From positions 31,899 through 95,898 of the forward strand of contig JASKLF010000007.1 of the NCBI GenBank assembly GCA_030153785.1: a DNA stretch of 64,000 nucleotides. The letters are read 5' to 3'. The translations under genes were made by a program, and so were the position numbers. This document shows, piece by piece, positions 1-9,716 of this stretch. Source of the stretch: a bacterium (GTDB lineage Bacteria; Synergistota; GBS-1). Numbering within the stretch: the stretch's first letter is position 1; every line of letters starts with the position of its first letter. The notes beneath the pieces are model-generated. The model was not told where the DNA came from, made no database searches, and worked only from the letters and a program-made list of their open reading frames with translations.

Positions 1-808
1 TGTCTCCTATCCAGCCCCACAAAATTCTACCTAAGCAATTTGACACGGCAAATAATGAAATGCTTGCTGTAACAAGCATTTCATTATCTATCAAAGTCAA
101 GCCCATGTTCTTCAAGTTACCTATCACCATTACACCACCAAAAACGCCGCAGAAAATGCCAAGCCAGAGCTTCCAAAAACGCCATCCAGAAAGAATCTTC
201 CCCTTTCCAAGACTTAAACCTTGATCAGACTGCCCTTCTGGGTCACCAGGCTTGTCAAAAAAGAGGGAGCTTATGGAGATAAGCAGTATATATATAACAC
301 CTACCGTCATAAATATCTGGTGGACCGAATAACCTAATCCCTTCAAGTAGGTTATAATAAAGGGCAATACCACTGAACCTAAACCAAAACTACCCACGCT
401 TATGCCCGTAATTAATCCCTTCTTCTGAGGAGGAAACCATCTCATAGGTATGCCTATCCCTAACGCGTAAAGCAAGCCTATTCCTAAGGCGCTCAAAACC
501 CCCAAGGAAAACCAGATTCCCCAGAAGTTTCCCCTAAACAAACCGGCAAGAATATAGCTACCCCCGAACAACGAGCCCACGACGAAGACAAATTTCCTCA
601 AGCTAATTAGCCTCTTTTCGATTCTACCCGCAAATATCATATAAATTGGGATACCTCCGCTTATAGAACCGAAGATTATCTGAGATTGCGTCACTGAAAT
701 ATAACCACCTTTAATCAGCTCATAAGCGAAGGCGCTCCAAGCATAAACTCCACCTATGCAAAACATCATTAAAACGCTCGAAAGCAATATAACCCATTCC
801 CTTCCCAC
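1..808 (-). CDS. MFS transporter, oxalate/formate antiporter (OFA)-like; 3' end runs off the window
   Basis: Not in the ORF track. Manual translation from GTG at 808 gives MGREWVILLSSVLMMFCIGGVYAWSAF..., with the OFA-type G-x-x-YAWS start and successive hydrophobic helices; GGAG SD upstream. Confidence 0.8.
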   Translation of the reverse strand, partial: MGREWVILLSSVLMMFCIGGVYAWSAFAYELIKGGYISVTQSQIIFGSISGGIPIYMIFAGRIEKRLISLRKFVFVVGSLFGGSYILAGLFRGNFWGIWFSLGVLSALGIGLLYALGIGIPMRWFPPQKKGLITGISVGSFGLGSVVLPFIITYLKGLGYSVHQIFMTVGVIYILLISISSLFFDKPGDPEGQSDQGLSLGKGKILSGWRFWKLWLGIFCGVFGGVMVIGNLKNMGLTLIDNEMLVTASISLFAVSNCLGRILWGWIGD

Positions 809-944
809 TCAAGAAACTCCCCTTTCTCCACGAAGTTAGCTTCTTATAAGCTTTTACCATAACTTTGCCAAATGCTCAAGAGTAAATGATATAATTAAAA
901 AAAAGACCAAGGTTATGAGGCTTTCAGATATGGAGGTGGCCAAT

Positions 945-1724
945 GTGCAAGATGTAAAAGCAACTGAAAACGTAAGTCTGTATGAGGACCCCAATCATAA
1001 GTTTTTATTCCTTGCATGGGAAGAAAAGGAGGAGGAAGGGATAGTTCAGACCAACCAATATATGATAATCGACGGTAACGAGGCCATACTGCTTGACCCA
1101 GGTGGCGTCCATGTATTTCCAAGAGTATTAGCAAACGTCTCCGAAATAATAGAACCAAGTAAGATCAGACATATTTTCTTTACTCACCAAGACCCAGATG
1201 TTTCCTCAGGAATAATGCTGTGGCTATCTATAGCGGAAAATGCAAGAATCCACATCTCAAATCTGTGGATAAGATTTCTTCCGCACTTCGGCATTTACGA
1301 CAAAAGCAGGGTAAACCCTATCCCAGACAGAGGAGACAAAATTAAGCTATCTTCGGGAACGGAACTTGAGATAATCCCATCCCACTTTCTTCATTCCACT
1401 GGAAACTTCACCTTATACGATCCCAAGGCAAAAATCTTATTTTCAGGAGATATAGGCGCCGCCATCTTTGAGAGAGGAAAAAGATATCTCTTCGTTGAAG
1501 ACTTCGATAGCCATGTTAAACTGATGGAGGGTTTTCACAAAAGGTATTTAGCTTCAAGCAGTATACTCAAAAAATGGCTTGACATAGTTGAGAAAAAAGA
1601 AATAAACATTGTAGCGCCACAACACGGAGCCATATTTAAAGGGGAAAACGTGAAGAAATTTTTCAACTGGCTTAGAACGCTAAGGTGTGGAGCAGATATA
1701 ATAGATGAAATATATGGAAGGTGA
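945..1724 (+). CDS. Oxygen-binding di-iron protein (ODP), stand-alone metallo-beta-lactamase fold
   Basis: THQDPD, HFLHS, FSGD and PQHG metal ligands; no flavodoxin domain; GGAGG SD favours GTG at 945 (ORF track starts at 915); adjacent to a soluble MCP. Confidence 0.85.
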   Translation: MQDVKATENVSLYEDPNHKFLFLAWEEKEEEGIVQTNQYMIIDGNEAILLDPGGVHVFPRVLANVSEIIEPSKIRHIFFTHQDPDVSSGIMLWLSIAENARIHISNLWIRFLPHFGIYDKSRVNPIPDRGDKIKLSSGTELEIIPSHFLHSTGNFTLYDPKAKILFSGDIGAAIFERGKRYLFVEDFDSHVKLMEGFHKRYLASSSILKKWLDIVEKKEINIVAPQHGAIFKGENVKKFFNWLRTLRCGADIIDEIYGR

Positions 1725-1728
1725 TAAC

Positions 1729-2571
1729 ATGGTCAAGTTAAAGGGGAAAAGTAGCGAAAAGGTGTTTTCATCGTTTTTTGCGGAAAATCTTATGACCTCA
1801 TTTATGTCTCAGCTCGATGAAGCTTTACTATCAAGGGTCAGGAAAGCCCAAGGGAATTTGAGGGAGCTTGAAAAAACATTCGATTATACTCGCAAAAAGA
1901 TAGAAGAATTATCAGGAAAATTTGAAGAGGAAAGTAAAAACCTCGTAAAAAGCATAGAAGACTCTAAGGAAGTGAACAAGCAAATTATAGAGGAATTAAA
2001 AAAGTCCGGAGCCGATATATCCAAGATAAGCGAAGTGGTTATGTCCTCCATAAACAAGACTTCTCAAACCCTATCGATGTTTAGCGAAATACAAAATATG
2101 GCTGTCGAGATAACGAAGATTGCAAAGCAAACCAATCTTTTAGCTTTAAACGCCTCGATAGAAGCTGCAAGAGCGGGCGAATACGGTAAAGGCTTTGCCG
2201 TAGTAGCATCGGAAGTCCAAAAGCTCGCAGGGGAATCAAACAGGGTAGCCAAAAACATAACAGACCAGGTCAGCGAGCTTTCGGGAGCAGTCACGGAAGC
2301 GCTGGAAAGCACCAAGCTTGTGGGAGAAATCTTTAACAGCGTTCAAAGCTCTCTTCAACAGCTTATGAACTTCATGCAGGGAAACTACGAACTCCTTTAT
2401 CGCATAGCTGAGCTCCTTTCGGGAACGAGGGAAAATCTATTAGAAGAAAGAGAAAACTTTGATAAGGCTCTTCAGGTCTTGGAAAAAACGGTAGAAAAGT
2501 TTGAAACTTTGTCAAGGGTTATCTCTTCGGTTGTAAAAGCTCAAATGAGGCTCAAGGATTTATCTATTTAA
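1729..2571 (+). CDS. Soluble methyl-accepting chemotaxis protein
   Basis: [37 protein letters not shown] signalling tip; no TM segments; start ATG 1729 after GAAGGTG. Confidence 0.9.
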   Translation: MVKLKGKSSEKVFSSFFAENLMTSFMSQLDEALLSRVRKAQGNLRELEKTFDYTRKKIEELSGKFEEESKNLVKSIEDSKEVNKQIIEELKKSGADISKISEVVMSSINKTSQTLSMFSEIQNMAVEITKIAKQTNLLALNASIEAARAGEYGKGFAVVASEVQKLAGESNRVAKNITDQVSELSGAVTEALESTKLVGEIFNSVQSSLQQLMNFMQGNYELLYRIAELLSGTRENLLEERENFDKALQVLEKTVEKFETLSRVISSVVKAQMRLKDLSI

Positions 2572-2573
2572 GA

Positions 2574-3626
2574 CTACACGTTTTTTAAGCCAGAACCGGT
2601 AAGGGGAATTAAAATCTTCGCCTTTTTCTCGAAATATCCTTCGCTAAGCAAAACCTTAAAACCTGCATAGGTTGCAGCTGAAGTAGGTTCGACAAGAAAA
2701 CCAAAAGAAATAAGCTCAGAAAGGGCTTGACTTATTTCATCATCTCCAACAGAAACCACCCTTCCATTAGTTTCGTTGATAATATCTTTCATCTCTCCTT
2801 TTCTGGGGGGTTCAGGGATAGCTATGCCCTCGGCAAGGGTGGTCTTTTCCTGACTTCTCTCCGTCAAGCTTTCAAAGCCCTTGGCCTGAACCGCTATCAT
2901 AACAGGTAGCTCAAGCTTTCCCGAGCTTTTGAGCTCTTTAAATCCTTTATAAAGGCCTATAAACAGGCTCCCGCTTCCAACGGGACTTAACACGTAATCA
3001 ACGGCTCCTATCTGCTCATAAACCTCATAAGAAACCACCTTAGTTCCCTCAAGAAAATAGGGATTAAACCAGTGAGAAACGTAAAATCCCCCTTCAAAGC
3101 TTTTTGCCTTTTTATGAACATCCATTCTAGAACCTTCGATTTCATGAACCTCGGCATCTAAAAGCCTAAGAAGCCGCTTTTTCCCCTTACTCGTATAGCC
3201 AGGAATGAAAAGGTGGGCTTTCAAGCCCTCGCTCTTCGCAAAGAGAGCAAGGCTTAAAGCAGAGTTGCCGGAAGAGTCCAATGTAACCTCCCTGATACCC
3301 TCTTCCTTCAGCTTCGCAACGGTTACATAGGTTCCCCTATCTTTAAACGAACCGCTGGGCATCAAATAATCGAGTTTAAAGAAGACTTTCGTATCGGCAA
3401 TATCCCTTTCAACGACGGGAGTTATGGGTAAAGTAACGCTCGGACGAAAGCTTTCTTTTATCGGAAGAAGGGGAAGATATCTTCTTACATCTAAAAATCG
3501 CTTGTCAAGGCAGCTGTCAAACAGCTTCGGCCTTTCTTCAATGTAATCGACAAGCCCTCCGCACTCACATAAAACCCTAAAGCTCATGTACTCTTTCCCA
3601 CAAGATTTACATCTTAACAAAACCAT
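2574..3626 (-). CDS. Threonine synthase-like PLP-dependent enzyme (fold type II)
   Basis: PSGSFKDRG PLP-lysine motif, SSGN, PVGSG, N-terminal CxxC...CxC zinc ribbon. Confidence 0.8.
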   Translation of the reverse strand: MVLLRCKSCGKEYMSFRVLCECGGLVDYIEERPKLFDSCLDKRFLDVRRYLPLLPIKESFRPSVTLPITPVVERDIADTKVFFKLDYLMPSGSFKDRGTYVTVAKLKEEGIREVTLDSSGNSALSLALFAKSEGLKAHLFIPGYTSKGKKRLLRLLDAEVHEIEGSRMDVHKKAKSFEGGFYVSHWFNPYFLEGTKVVSYEVYEQIGAVDYVLSPVGSGSLFIGLYKGFKELKSSGKLELPVMIAVQAKGFESLTERSQEKTTLAEGIAIPEPPRKGEMKDIINETNGRVVSVGDDEISQALSELISFGFLVEPTSAATYAGFKVLLSEGYFEKKAKILIPLTGSGLKNV

Positions 3627-3632
3627 CCCTCC

Positions 3633-4445
3633 CTAAAGGCTAAAAGCCTTATCTAAAAGAATCCTGGCATCCTCCCACCGATTAGGAGCGTTTAACAAGA
3701 CTAAGAGGACTCTCCTACCCCTTCCTTGTGCCCAAGCGATCAAACAATTCCCCGCCTTTCTTGTATAGCCAGTTTTAACGCCTGAAACCCCTGGATAATC
3801 ACCCAAAAGCTTATTCCTGTTCACAAGCTTAAAAACCTTTTTCCCGTCCACGGTTCTTATATAAACGCTGGGTATCGAAACTATCTTAGCAAAAATGGGT
3901 TTTCGCATAGCAAACTCCGTCAAAACCGCCAAGTCATAAGCGCTTGAGTAATGATTAGGATGGTCATGGCCACAAGCGTTAGCAAAATGAGTATCTCTTA
4001 ATCCAAGCCTTTTGGCTTTGAGATTCATTATCCTAACAAAATTAGCCTCGCTACCCCCAATATATTCGGCTAAAGCTCTGCAAGCGTCGTTAGCAGAATA
4101 AATCAAAGTAGCGTAAAGCAAATCTATAACCCTCACCCTATCATCAGGCTTAAGACCTATTCTTGAACCCCTCTCCCTTTCCACAGACTTACCAACTTTA
4201 ACCACAGCGTTCAAATTCGCCCTCTCGATAGCAATTAAAGCTGTCATTACCTTGGTCAAGCTTGCGGGAGGAAGCCTTTCGTGAATATTTTTACCCCATA
4301 CTATCTTGCGGTTTACCTTGACCAAGTAAGACGAAGCTGAGGGAGAAAAGGGATCAGAAAGCTTTTGCCCAAAGGCGGGTTCATGTAACATAAAGAGCGA
4401 GAATAAAATTCCCCAAAGAATAAACCTCTTCCTTCCGATCATCAA
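3633..4445 (-). CDS. D-alanyl-D-alanine carboxypeptidase (peptidase S11)
   Basis: PASLTK (SxxK), SAN (SxN) and KTG motifs; signal peptide. Confidence 0.9.
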   Translation of the reverse strand: MMIGRKRFILWGILFSLFMLHEPAFGQKLSDPFSPSASSYLVKVNRKIVWGKNIHERLPPASLTKVMTALIAIERANLNAVVKVGKSVERERGSRIGLKPDDRVRVIDLLYATLIYSANDACRALAEYIGGSEANFVRIMNLKAKRLGLRDTHFANACGHDHPNHYSSAYDLAVLTEFAMRKPIFAKIVSIPSVYIRTVDGKKVFKLVNRNKLLGDYPGVSGVKTGYTRKAGNCLIAWAQGRGRRVLLVLLNAPNRWEDARILLDKAFSL

Positions 4446-4503
4446 AATACGCCTCCCTTTAAATTTTAGAAGAAAAGGGTATTATATGCAATATTGAAAA
4501 GTT

Positions 4504-5109
4504 CTAAATAAACTTAACCTTAGCCCCTTTTAGCCCCGCTACTACATATTCATCTTCCGTATCAATCACTTTAAAGACTTCAAGCCCTCTTTTCTCGAAC
4601 ATCTTGGCAAGCTCATCTCCCGCGGGAAGAAGGTCATTCTTGGTAACCTCGTTTAAGGCATGAATCCTGTGAATGGTATCTCTACCAGAAGAGTGGACAA
4701 CAGCAAATATTCCTCCCTCCTTAAGAAAGCTAACCAAGTGGCTTATAAGGCCTTCTTTGTTTTCAAAGTGAGGAAAAGAGGAGTAACATATTATAGCATC
4801 GAAACTCCTATCGAACTCATAACTTTCCGCATCTCCCCAAATGTAAAGGATACCGTCGCTTCCGAACTTTCTCCTTGCCACAGCAAGCATGTTCTCCGCT
4901 ATATCTATTTCAACTATCAGAGAAGGCATAAAAAGTTTCCTTAAAAACGGGATTAAAACCCCTGTCCCGGAACCCACATCAAGGATGACGCCGCCTTTAG
5001 CGATGGGCAGATAGGAAAGAAGTCTCTCTATCTTTTCAGCCTGGATTTCTTGTATATCGTCCCATATATCTGCCCTTTCGTTAAAGAAGACCCGAAGCTC
5101 CTCTCTCAA
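4504..5109 (-). CDS. Class I SAM-dependent methyltransferase
   Basis: ILDVGSGTG motif I; likely TTG start at 5109 after GGAGGG (ORF track starts at 5145). Confidence 0.85.
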   Translation of the reverse strand: MREELRVFFNERADIWDDIQEIQAEKIERLLSYLPIAKGGVILDVGSGTGVLIPFLRKLFMPSLIVEIDIAENMLAVARRKFGSDGILYIWGDAESYEFDRSFDAIICYSSFPHFENKEGLISHLVSFLKEGGIFAVVHSSGRDTIHRIHALNEVTKNDLLPAGDELAKMFEKRGLEVFKVIDTEDEYVVAGLKGAKVKFI

Positions 5110-5247
5110 ATAGCATCCCTCCCCAACAGGAAATGGTAACACCACACAGTAAAATTATAACACCAAAATACCAAGACTATTGCCCCTAATGTGAGAAACG
5201 AGCATTAAGTTATAATAAATAAAAACCAAAAAGGAGGTATCTTAAAA

Positions 5248-6126
5248 ATGAAAATGGTCAGGTTCAGGCTAAACGAAAAAGCTCACCTTGGAGTCTGCTT
5301 AGGCGAAGAGGTTATAGATATATCTGAAATTAACGGTAAACGATTTCAATCCATCCTGGACTTGCTGATCGAGGCAAAGGAAGAAGGAAAGAGACTGGAA
5401 GAAAAATTAGAAGAGCTGTTAAATAAAAATTTGCCCACATACCCATTAAAAAGCCTTAAACTTCTAAAGCCCATAGAACCCCCAGAAATTTGGGGAGCGG
5501 GCGTAACGTATAAAAGAAGCGAAGAGGAAAGGGAAAAAGAAACAGGCATAAAGGGAATATATAACATGGTCTATAGGGCAAAAAGACCAGAAATATTCTT
5601 TAAGGCCACAAATCATCGCTGTGTTGGTCCCGATGAAGAGGTAGGGATAAGGGGAGATTCCAACTGGACGGTTCCGGAACCCGAATTAGCATTCCTAATC
5701 GGATTTGATAAAGAAATCGTCGGATTCACAATAGGCAACGACATATCTGCAAGAGATATAGAGGGAGCAAACCCCCTCTACCTCCCGCAGGCCAAGATAT
5801 TTGAAGCCTGCTGTGCAATAGGACCATCCATTGTAACGGTTGACGAGGTAGGCATTGAACCCAAACTAAAAATAGAATGCAGAATTTATAGAAACGAGGA
5901 GCTAATATTCCACGGAGAAACCAGCACAGAAAATATGAAAAGAAGCATCAATGAAATTAAGGAATACCTCTGTAGGTATAACCCAATTCCTCCCGGAACC
6001 CTATGTTTAACAGGAACAGGCATAGTCCCACCAGAAGACTTTGCGCTAATGGAAGGGGACCTTATAGAGATAACTATAGAGAATATAGGAACCTTAAGAA
6101 ATAAAGCTAAACTCCTTAAATATTGA
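5248..6126 (+). CDS. Fumarylacetoacetate hydrolase family protein, 2-keto-3-deoxy-pentonate dehydratase (KdaD/XylX)-like
   Basis: EIWGAGVTY, RPEIFFK, PEPELA, GNDISARDIEGANPLYLPQAK, LTGTG. Confidence 0.8.
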   Translation: MKMVRFRLNEKAHLGVCLGEEVIDISEINGKRFQSILDLLIEAKEEGKRLEEKLEELLNKNLPTYPLKSLKLLKPIEPPEIWGAGVTYKRSEEEREKETGIKGIYNMVYRAKRPEIFFKATNHRCVGPDEEVGIRGDSNWTVPEPELAFLIGFDKEIVGFTIGNDISARDIEGANPLYLPQAKIFEACCAIGPSIVTVDEVGIEPKLKIECRIYRNEELIFHGETSTENMKRSINEIKEYLCRYNPIPPGTLCLTGTGIVPPEDFALMEGDLIEITIENIGTLRNKAKLLKY

Positions 6127-6132
6127 CTAATC

Positions 6133-6160
6133 TTGATTGAAGCTTTAAAAGTGTTATAAT
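6133..6160 (+). promoter_or_regulatory. Putative sigma70-type promoter for the GRE activase-hypD pair
   Basis: TTGATT-N16-TATAAT with an extended -10 (TGnTATAAT). Confidence 0.5.
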
Positions 6161-6184
6161 CGAAACTGAAAAGACCCAAAGGAG

Positions 6185-7096
6185 GTGTCCTTAACGCAAG
6201 GAGTTATATTCGACATAAAAAGATATACCATTCACGATGGTCCCGGCATAAGAACTACCGTATTCATGAAGGGATGTCCCCTGAACTGCTGGTGGTGTCA
6301 CAATCCTGAAGGGATATCAAGAAACGTGGAGATAGGATATTTCGAATATAAATGTCTAAAATGCAAAACTTGTCTTACAGTATGTCCCCTGAATGCAATA
6401 ACCTTCCATGAAGAAAAGGGAATAAAGATAGACAGAAACAAATGCAACGGATGTGGAAATTGCGCAGCAAGATGCCCATCTAACGCCCTTAAAAGGATTG
6501 GGAGAACGATAGATATTCTTGAACTTCTTAGCGAAGTTGAAAAGGACATCCCCCTTTACGATAGCTCGGGCGGAGGAGTAACCTTTTCGGGAGGAGAACC
6601 CTTAGCGCAACCGGAGTTCTTGCGCGAGTGCTTAAAAGAGCTTAAAAAGAGGTATATAAGAACCGCCGTAGATACCTCCGGCTACGCATCTCAAGAAAGC
6701 CTTGAATCTATCCTACCCTACACGGATGTCTTTCTTTATGATGTAAAGCTTTTTGATTCCGAAGAACACAAAAAATACACGGGCGTTTCAAATGAGGTTA
6801 TAAAGGACAACCTCAGACTCTTAGCGAAGGAGAAAAAACATGTTATCTTAAGATTCCCCGTAATACCAGGAATCACGGACAAAATGGAAAATGTAAAGGG
6901 ATGGGTAGGGTTCATATCGAAGCTAAATAACATAAAGGAAATAAACCTTTTACCATATCACGATATTGAAGAAAAATACTCCCGGTTAGACAGAGAATAC
7001 AAGATGAAAATCCACTCAGCGCCTAAAGAGGAAATATTAACCCGGATAAGGGAGGAATTTGAGAAAATTGGCCTCAAGGTAAAAATCGGGGGGTAG
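6185..7096 (+). CDS. Glycyl-radical enzyme activating protein (radical SAM, with 2x[4Fe-4S] insert)
   Basis: HDGPGIRT, CPLNCWWCHNPE (Cx3Cx2C), two CxxCxxCxxxCP motifs, SGGEP. Confidence 0.95.
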   Translation: MSLTQGVIFDIKRYTIHDGPGIRTTVFMKGCPLNCWWCHNPEGISRNVEIGYFEYKCLKCKTCLTVCPLNAITFHEEKGIKIDRNKCNGCGNCAARCPSNALKRIGRTIDILELLSEVEKDIPLYDSSGGGVTFSGGEPLAQPEFLRECLKELKKRYIRTAVDTSGYASQESLESILPYTDVFLYDVKLFDSEEHKKYTGVSNEVIKDNLRLLAKEKKHVILRFPVIPGITDKMENVKGWVGFISKLNNIKEINLLPYHDIEEKYSRLDREYKMKIHSAPKEEILTRIREEFEKIGLKVKIGG

Positions 7097-7102
7097 GGAA
7101 AG

Positions 7103-9553
7103 ATGAGCGAGTTAACCGTCGACCTCTGTAATGAGCGGGTTGAAAGGGAGCTGGAAAGAAGAAGGTCCTTTATAAAACCAATTAACGAAAGGATAGCGGA
7201 ACTAAGAAGAGAAAGCGTTGAAACGGAGGTAAAAATTTCTCTTGAAAGAGCAAAACTATTAACCGAGTTTTACAAAAGCGATATCCCGAAGGGAAAATCC
7301 ATTCCCGTTCAGCGAGCCCTATTTTTCAAATACCTCCTTGAAAACTGCTCTCTCCCGGTAGAAAAGGGACAGCTCATAGTAGGCTTAAGGGGCACGGGAG
7401 TAAAAGAAGTGCCAACTTACCCCGAGATATGCGTTCACAGCTTAGAGGACTTAGAGATACTCAATTCGAGAGAAAACATGCCATATAAGGTCGATGAGAA
7501 AACCAAGGAAATTTATAAAGATGAAATCATACCTTTTTGGAAGGGCAAGGCAATGAGAGATATCCTTTTTGAAAATCTTCCAAAGGAATGGACGGATGCC
7601 TATGAAGCCGGTGTATGGACCGAGTTTATGGAGCAAAGATCGCCGGGGCACACGGCAGGTGGAGAAAGGATCTTTAACAAAGGAATACTAGACATCAAAG
7701 AGGAGATAAGAAGAAAGATGTCAGAGCTAAAGGAAAGTGACCCCGATTATTATGAAAAGATGGAAGAGCTTAAAGCCATGGATATTGCAGCTGATGCCAT
7801 CATCATTTATGCAAGACGTTACTCGGAAAAGTTGAAAAAGCTGGCAGAAGAGGAAGAAGACCCCGTAAGGAAAGAAGAGCTCCTGAAAATGTCAGAGATA
7901 TGTAGTTGGGTTCCGGCTCATGCACCGAGAACCTTCTGGGAAGCACTACAGCACTATTGGTTCATACATGTAGGTATCACCTATGAAACCAATCCATGGG
8001 ATTCCTTTAATCCCGGAAGAATAGATCAGCACTTATACCCCTTCTACAAAGAGGATATAGAGAAGGGAAGGCTAACGAGAGAGAAGGCGAAGGAGCTCCT
8101 TCAGGCCTTCTGGCTCAAGTTTAACAACCAGCCCGCAGTCCCAAAGGTGGGGGTGACGGCGGAAGAAAGCTTTACCTACAACGATTTTTCAAAGCTAAAC
8201 CTGGGAGGGCTAACGGAAGAAGGATACGATGGGGTAAATGAGCTATCCTACCTAATACTGGAAGTTTTAGGAGAGATGAGGACGCTACAACCTAATACAG
8301 CCGTTTTAATAAGCGATAAAAACCCAGACAGATTTTTGATAGAAGCTCTAAAAGTGGCTTCAGGAGGGTTTGGAGAGCCGCCCTTCTTTAACTTCGACGG
8401 TGTGATAGTGAAAATGCTGAGACAGGGCAAAAGCCTGGAGGACGCAAGAAAATCAGGTGTAAGCGGATGTGTTGAAACAGGAGCCTTTGGAAAAGAGTGT
8501 TACATACTAACGGGGTATTTCAACCTACCCAAGATATTAGAAATAACCTTGAATAACGGCATAGACCCACTAACGGGCAAAAAAATAGGGATAGAAACCG
8601 GTGATCCTACCCAATTTGATAGTTTTGAAGAGCTATGGAACGCATTTATAAAGCAAGTTAAACATTTCTTAGATATAAAGATGAAGGGCAATGATATAAT
8701 AGAAAACCTGTATGCGAAGCTCCTCCCCGTCCCATTCATGTCCCTATGGATAGAAGATTGTGTGGAAAAGGCCAAAGACTACAACGCGGGAGGAGCGAGA
8801 TATAACACCCAGTATATACAGCTGGTAGGCCTTGGAACGGTCACCGATAGCTTGTCTGCCATCAAATACCATATATTCGATAAGAAGGATTTTTCAATGA
8901 AGGAGCTTTTAAACGCCCTCCAAAACAACTGGAAAGGTTATGAGCTTCTCAGAGAAATACTTCGCAACCCGGAAAAGACACCGAAATTTGGAAACGATGA
9001 TGACTACGCAGATGAAATAGCAAAAAGATTAGTGGACTCCTTAGTAGAAATGATCGAAAGCTATCCTCCATCCTCTGCAAGAAGGGCACAAAGAAGAGCT
9101 TACTTCCTTCCAACTACCGTCCATGTATACTTTGGGAAAGTAACGGGGGCAACGCCCGATGGAAGAGACGCAGGTTTTCCCGTTTCGGAAGGTATCTCTC
9201 CCGTTCAGGGAATGGACAGAAAGGGAATCGCCGCAGTATTCAGAAGCGTTTCGAAATGCGACTGGGATAAAACAGGAGGAGCCTTACTTAACCAAAAATT
9301 AACCCCGGATCTATTTGAAAGCGAGGAAAATCTATTCAAGTTAGCCCAGCTTATAAGAACGTTCTTCAGACTTGGAGGACACCATGTCCAATTCAACGTC
9401 ATAAGCGCTGACGTTTTAAGAGAGGCACAGAAAAGACCGCAAGATTTTCAGGACCTCATGGTTAGAGTTGCAGGTTACAGCGACTATTTCGTTAACCTGC
9501 CCAAGGGATTGCAAGAGGAAATTATAGCACGCACGGAACACATGGAAGTATAG
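7103..9553 (+). CDS. hypD: Glycyl-radical trans-4-hydroxy-L-proline dehydratase
   Basis: RVAGY glycyl loop and SGCVE Cys loop. HypD-type substrate motifs FMEQRSPGH, NPWDSFNPGR, ESFTYNDF, YILTGYFN and LPTT match the C. difficile HypD active-site set as recalled. Confidence 0.85.
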   Translation: MSELTVDLCNERVERELERRRSFIKPINERIAELRRESVETEVKISLERAKLLTEFYKSDIPKGKSIPVQRALFFKYLLENCSLPVEKGQLIVGLRGTGVKEVPTYPEICVHSLEDLEILNSRENMPYKVDEKTKEIYKDEIIPFWKGKAMRDILFENLPKEWTDAYEAGVWTEFMEQRSPGHTAGGERIFNKGILDIKEEIRRKMSELKESDPDYYEKMEELKAMDIAADAIIIYARRYSEKLKKLAEEEEDPVRKEELLKMSEICSWVPAHAPRTFWEALQHYWFIHVGITYETNPWDSFNPGRIDQHLYPFYKEDIEKGRLTREKAKELLQAFWLKFNNQPAVPKVGVTAEESFTYNDFSKLNLGGLTEEGYDGVNELSYLILEVLGEMRTLQPNTAVLISDKNPDRFLIEALKVASGGFGEPPFFNFDGVIVKMLRQGKSLEDARKSGVSGCVETGAFGKECYILTGYFNLPKILEITLNNGIDPLTGKKIGIETGDPTQFDSFEELWNAFIKQVKHFLDIKMKGNDIIENLYAKLLPVPFMSLWIEDCVEKAKDYNAGGARYNTQYIQLVGLGTVTDSLSAIKYHIFDKKDFSMKELLNALQNNWKGYELLREILRNPEKTPKFGNDDDYADEIAKRLVDSLVEMIESYPPSSARRAQRRAYFLPTTVHVYFGKVTGATPDGRDAGFPVSEGISPVQGMDRKGIAAVFRSVSKCDWDKTGGALLNQKLTPDLFESEENLFKLAQLIRTFFRLGGHHVQFNVISADVLREAQKRPQDFQDLMVRVAGYSDYFVNLPKGLQEEIIARTEHMEV

Positions 9554-9558
9554 AAAAC

Positions 9559-9589
9559 TAAGGGGAGCCAAGGTTTTTGGCTCCCCTTA
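9559..9589. terminator. Bidirectional intrinsic terminator between convergent operons
   Basis: 13-bp stem TAAGGGGAGCCAA / TTGGCTCCCCTTA between the hypD stop and the small-subunit stop. Confidence 0.75.
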
Positions 9590-9594
9590 AACTT

Positions 9595-9705
9595 TTATTT
9601 AGACCTTGAAGCCCTCTTTTCCTCGGCTTCAAAAGATTTCTTTATACACCAACCAAGCCCTCCAAAAACGAGAAGCAACACTACGACCATCATCAAGACC
9701 CACAT
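9595..9705 (-). CDS. MetS-like small subunit of the NSS transporter (36 aa)
   Basis: Not in the ORF track. MWVLMMVVVLLLVFGGLGWCIKKSFEAEEKRASRSK: one TM helix with FGG and a charged tail; GAGGTG SD; 11 nt after the NSS stop. Confidence 0.75.
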   Translation of the reverse strand: MWVLMMVVVLLLVFGGLGWCIKKSFEAEEKRASRSK

Positions 9706-9716
9706 CTATTCTCACC

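Noticed and set aside
7103..9553. Pyruvate formate-lyase or choline TMA-lyase
   Set aside because: Single-Cys GCVE loop (not the PFL CC) and HypD-type rather than CutC-type pocket motifs.
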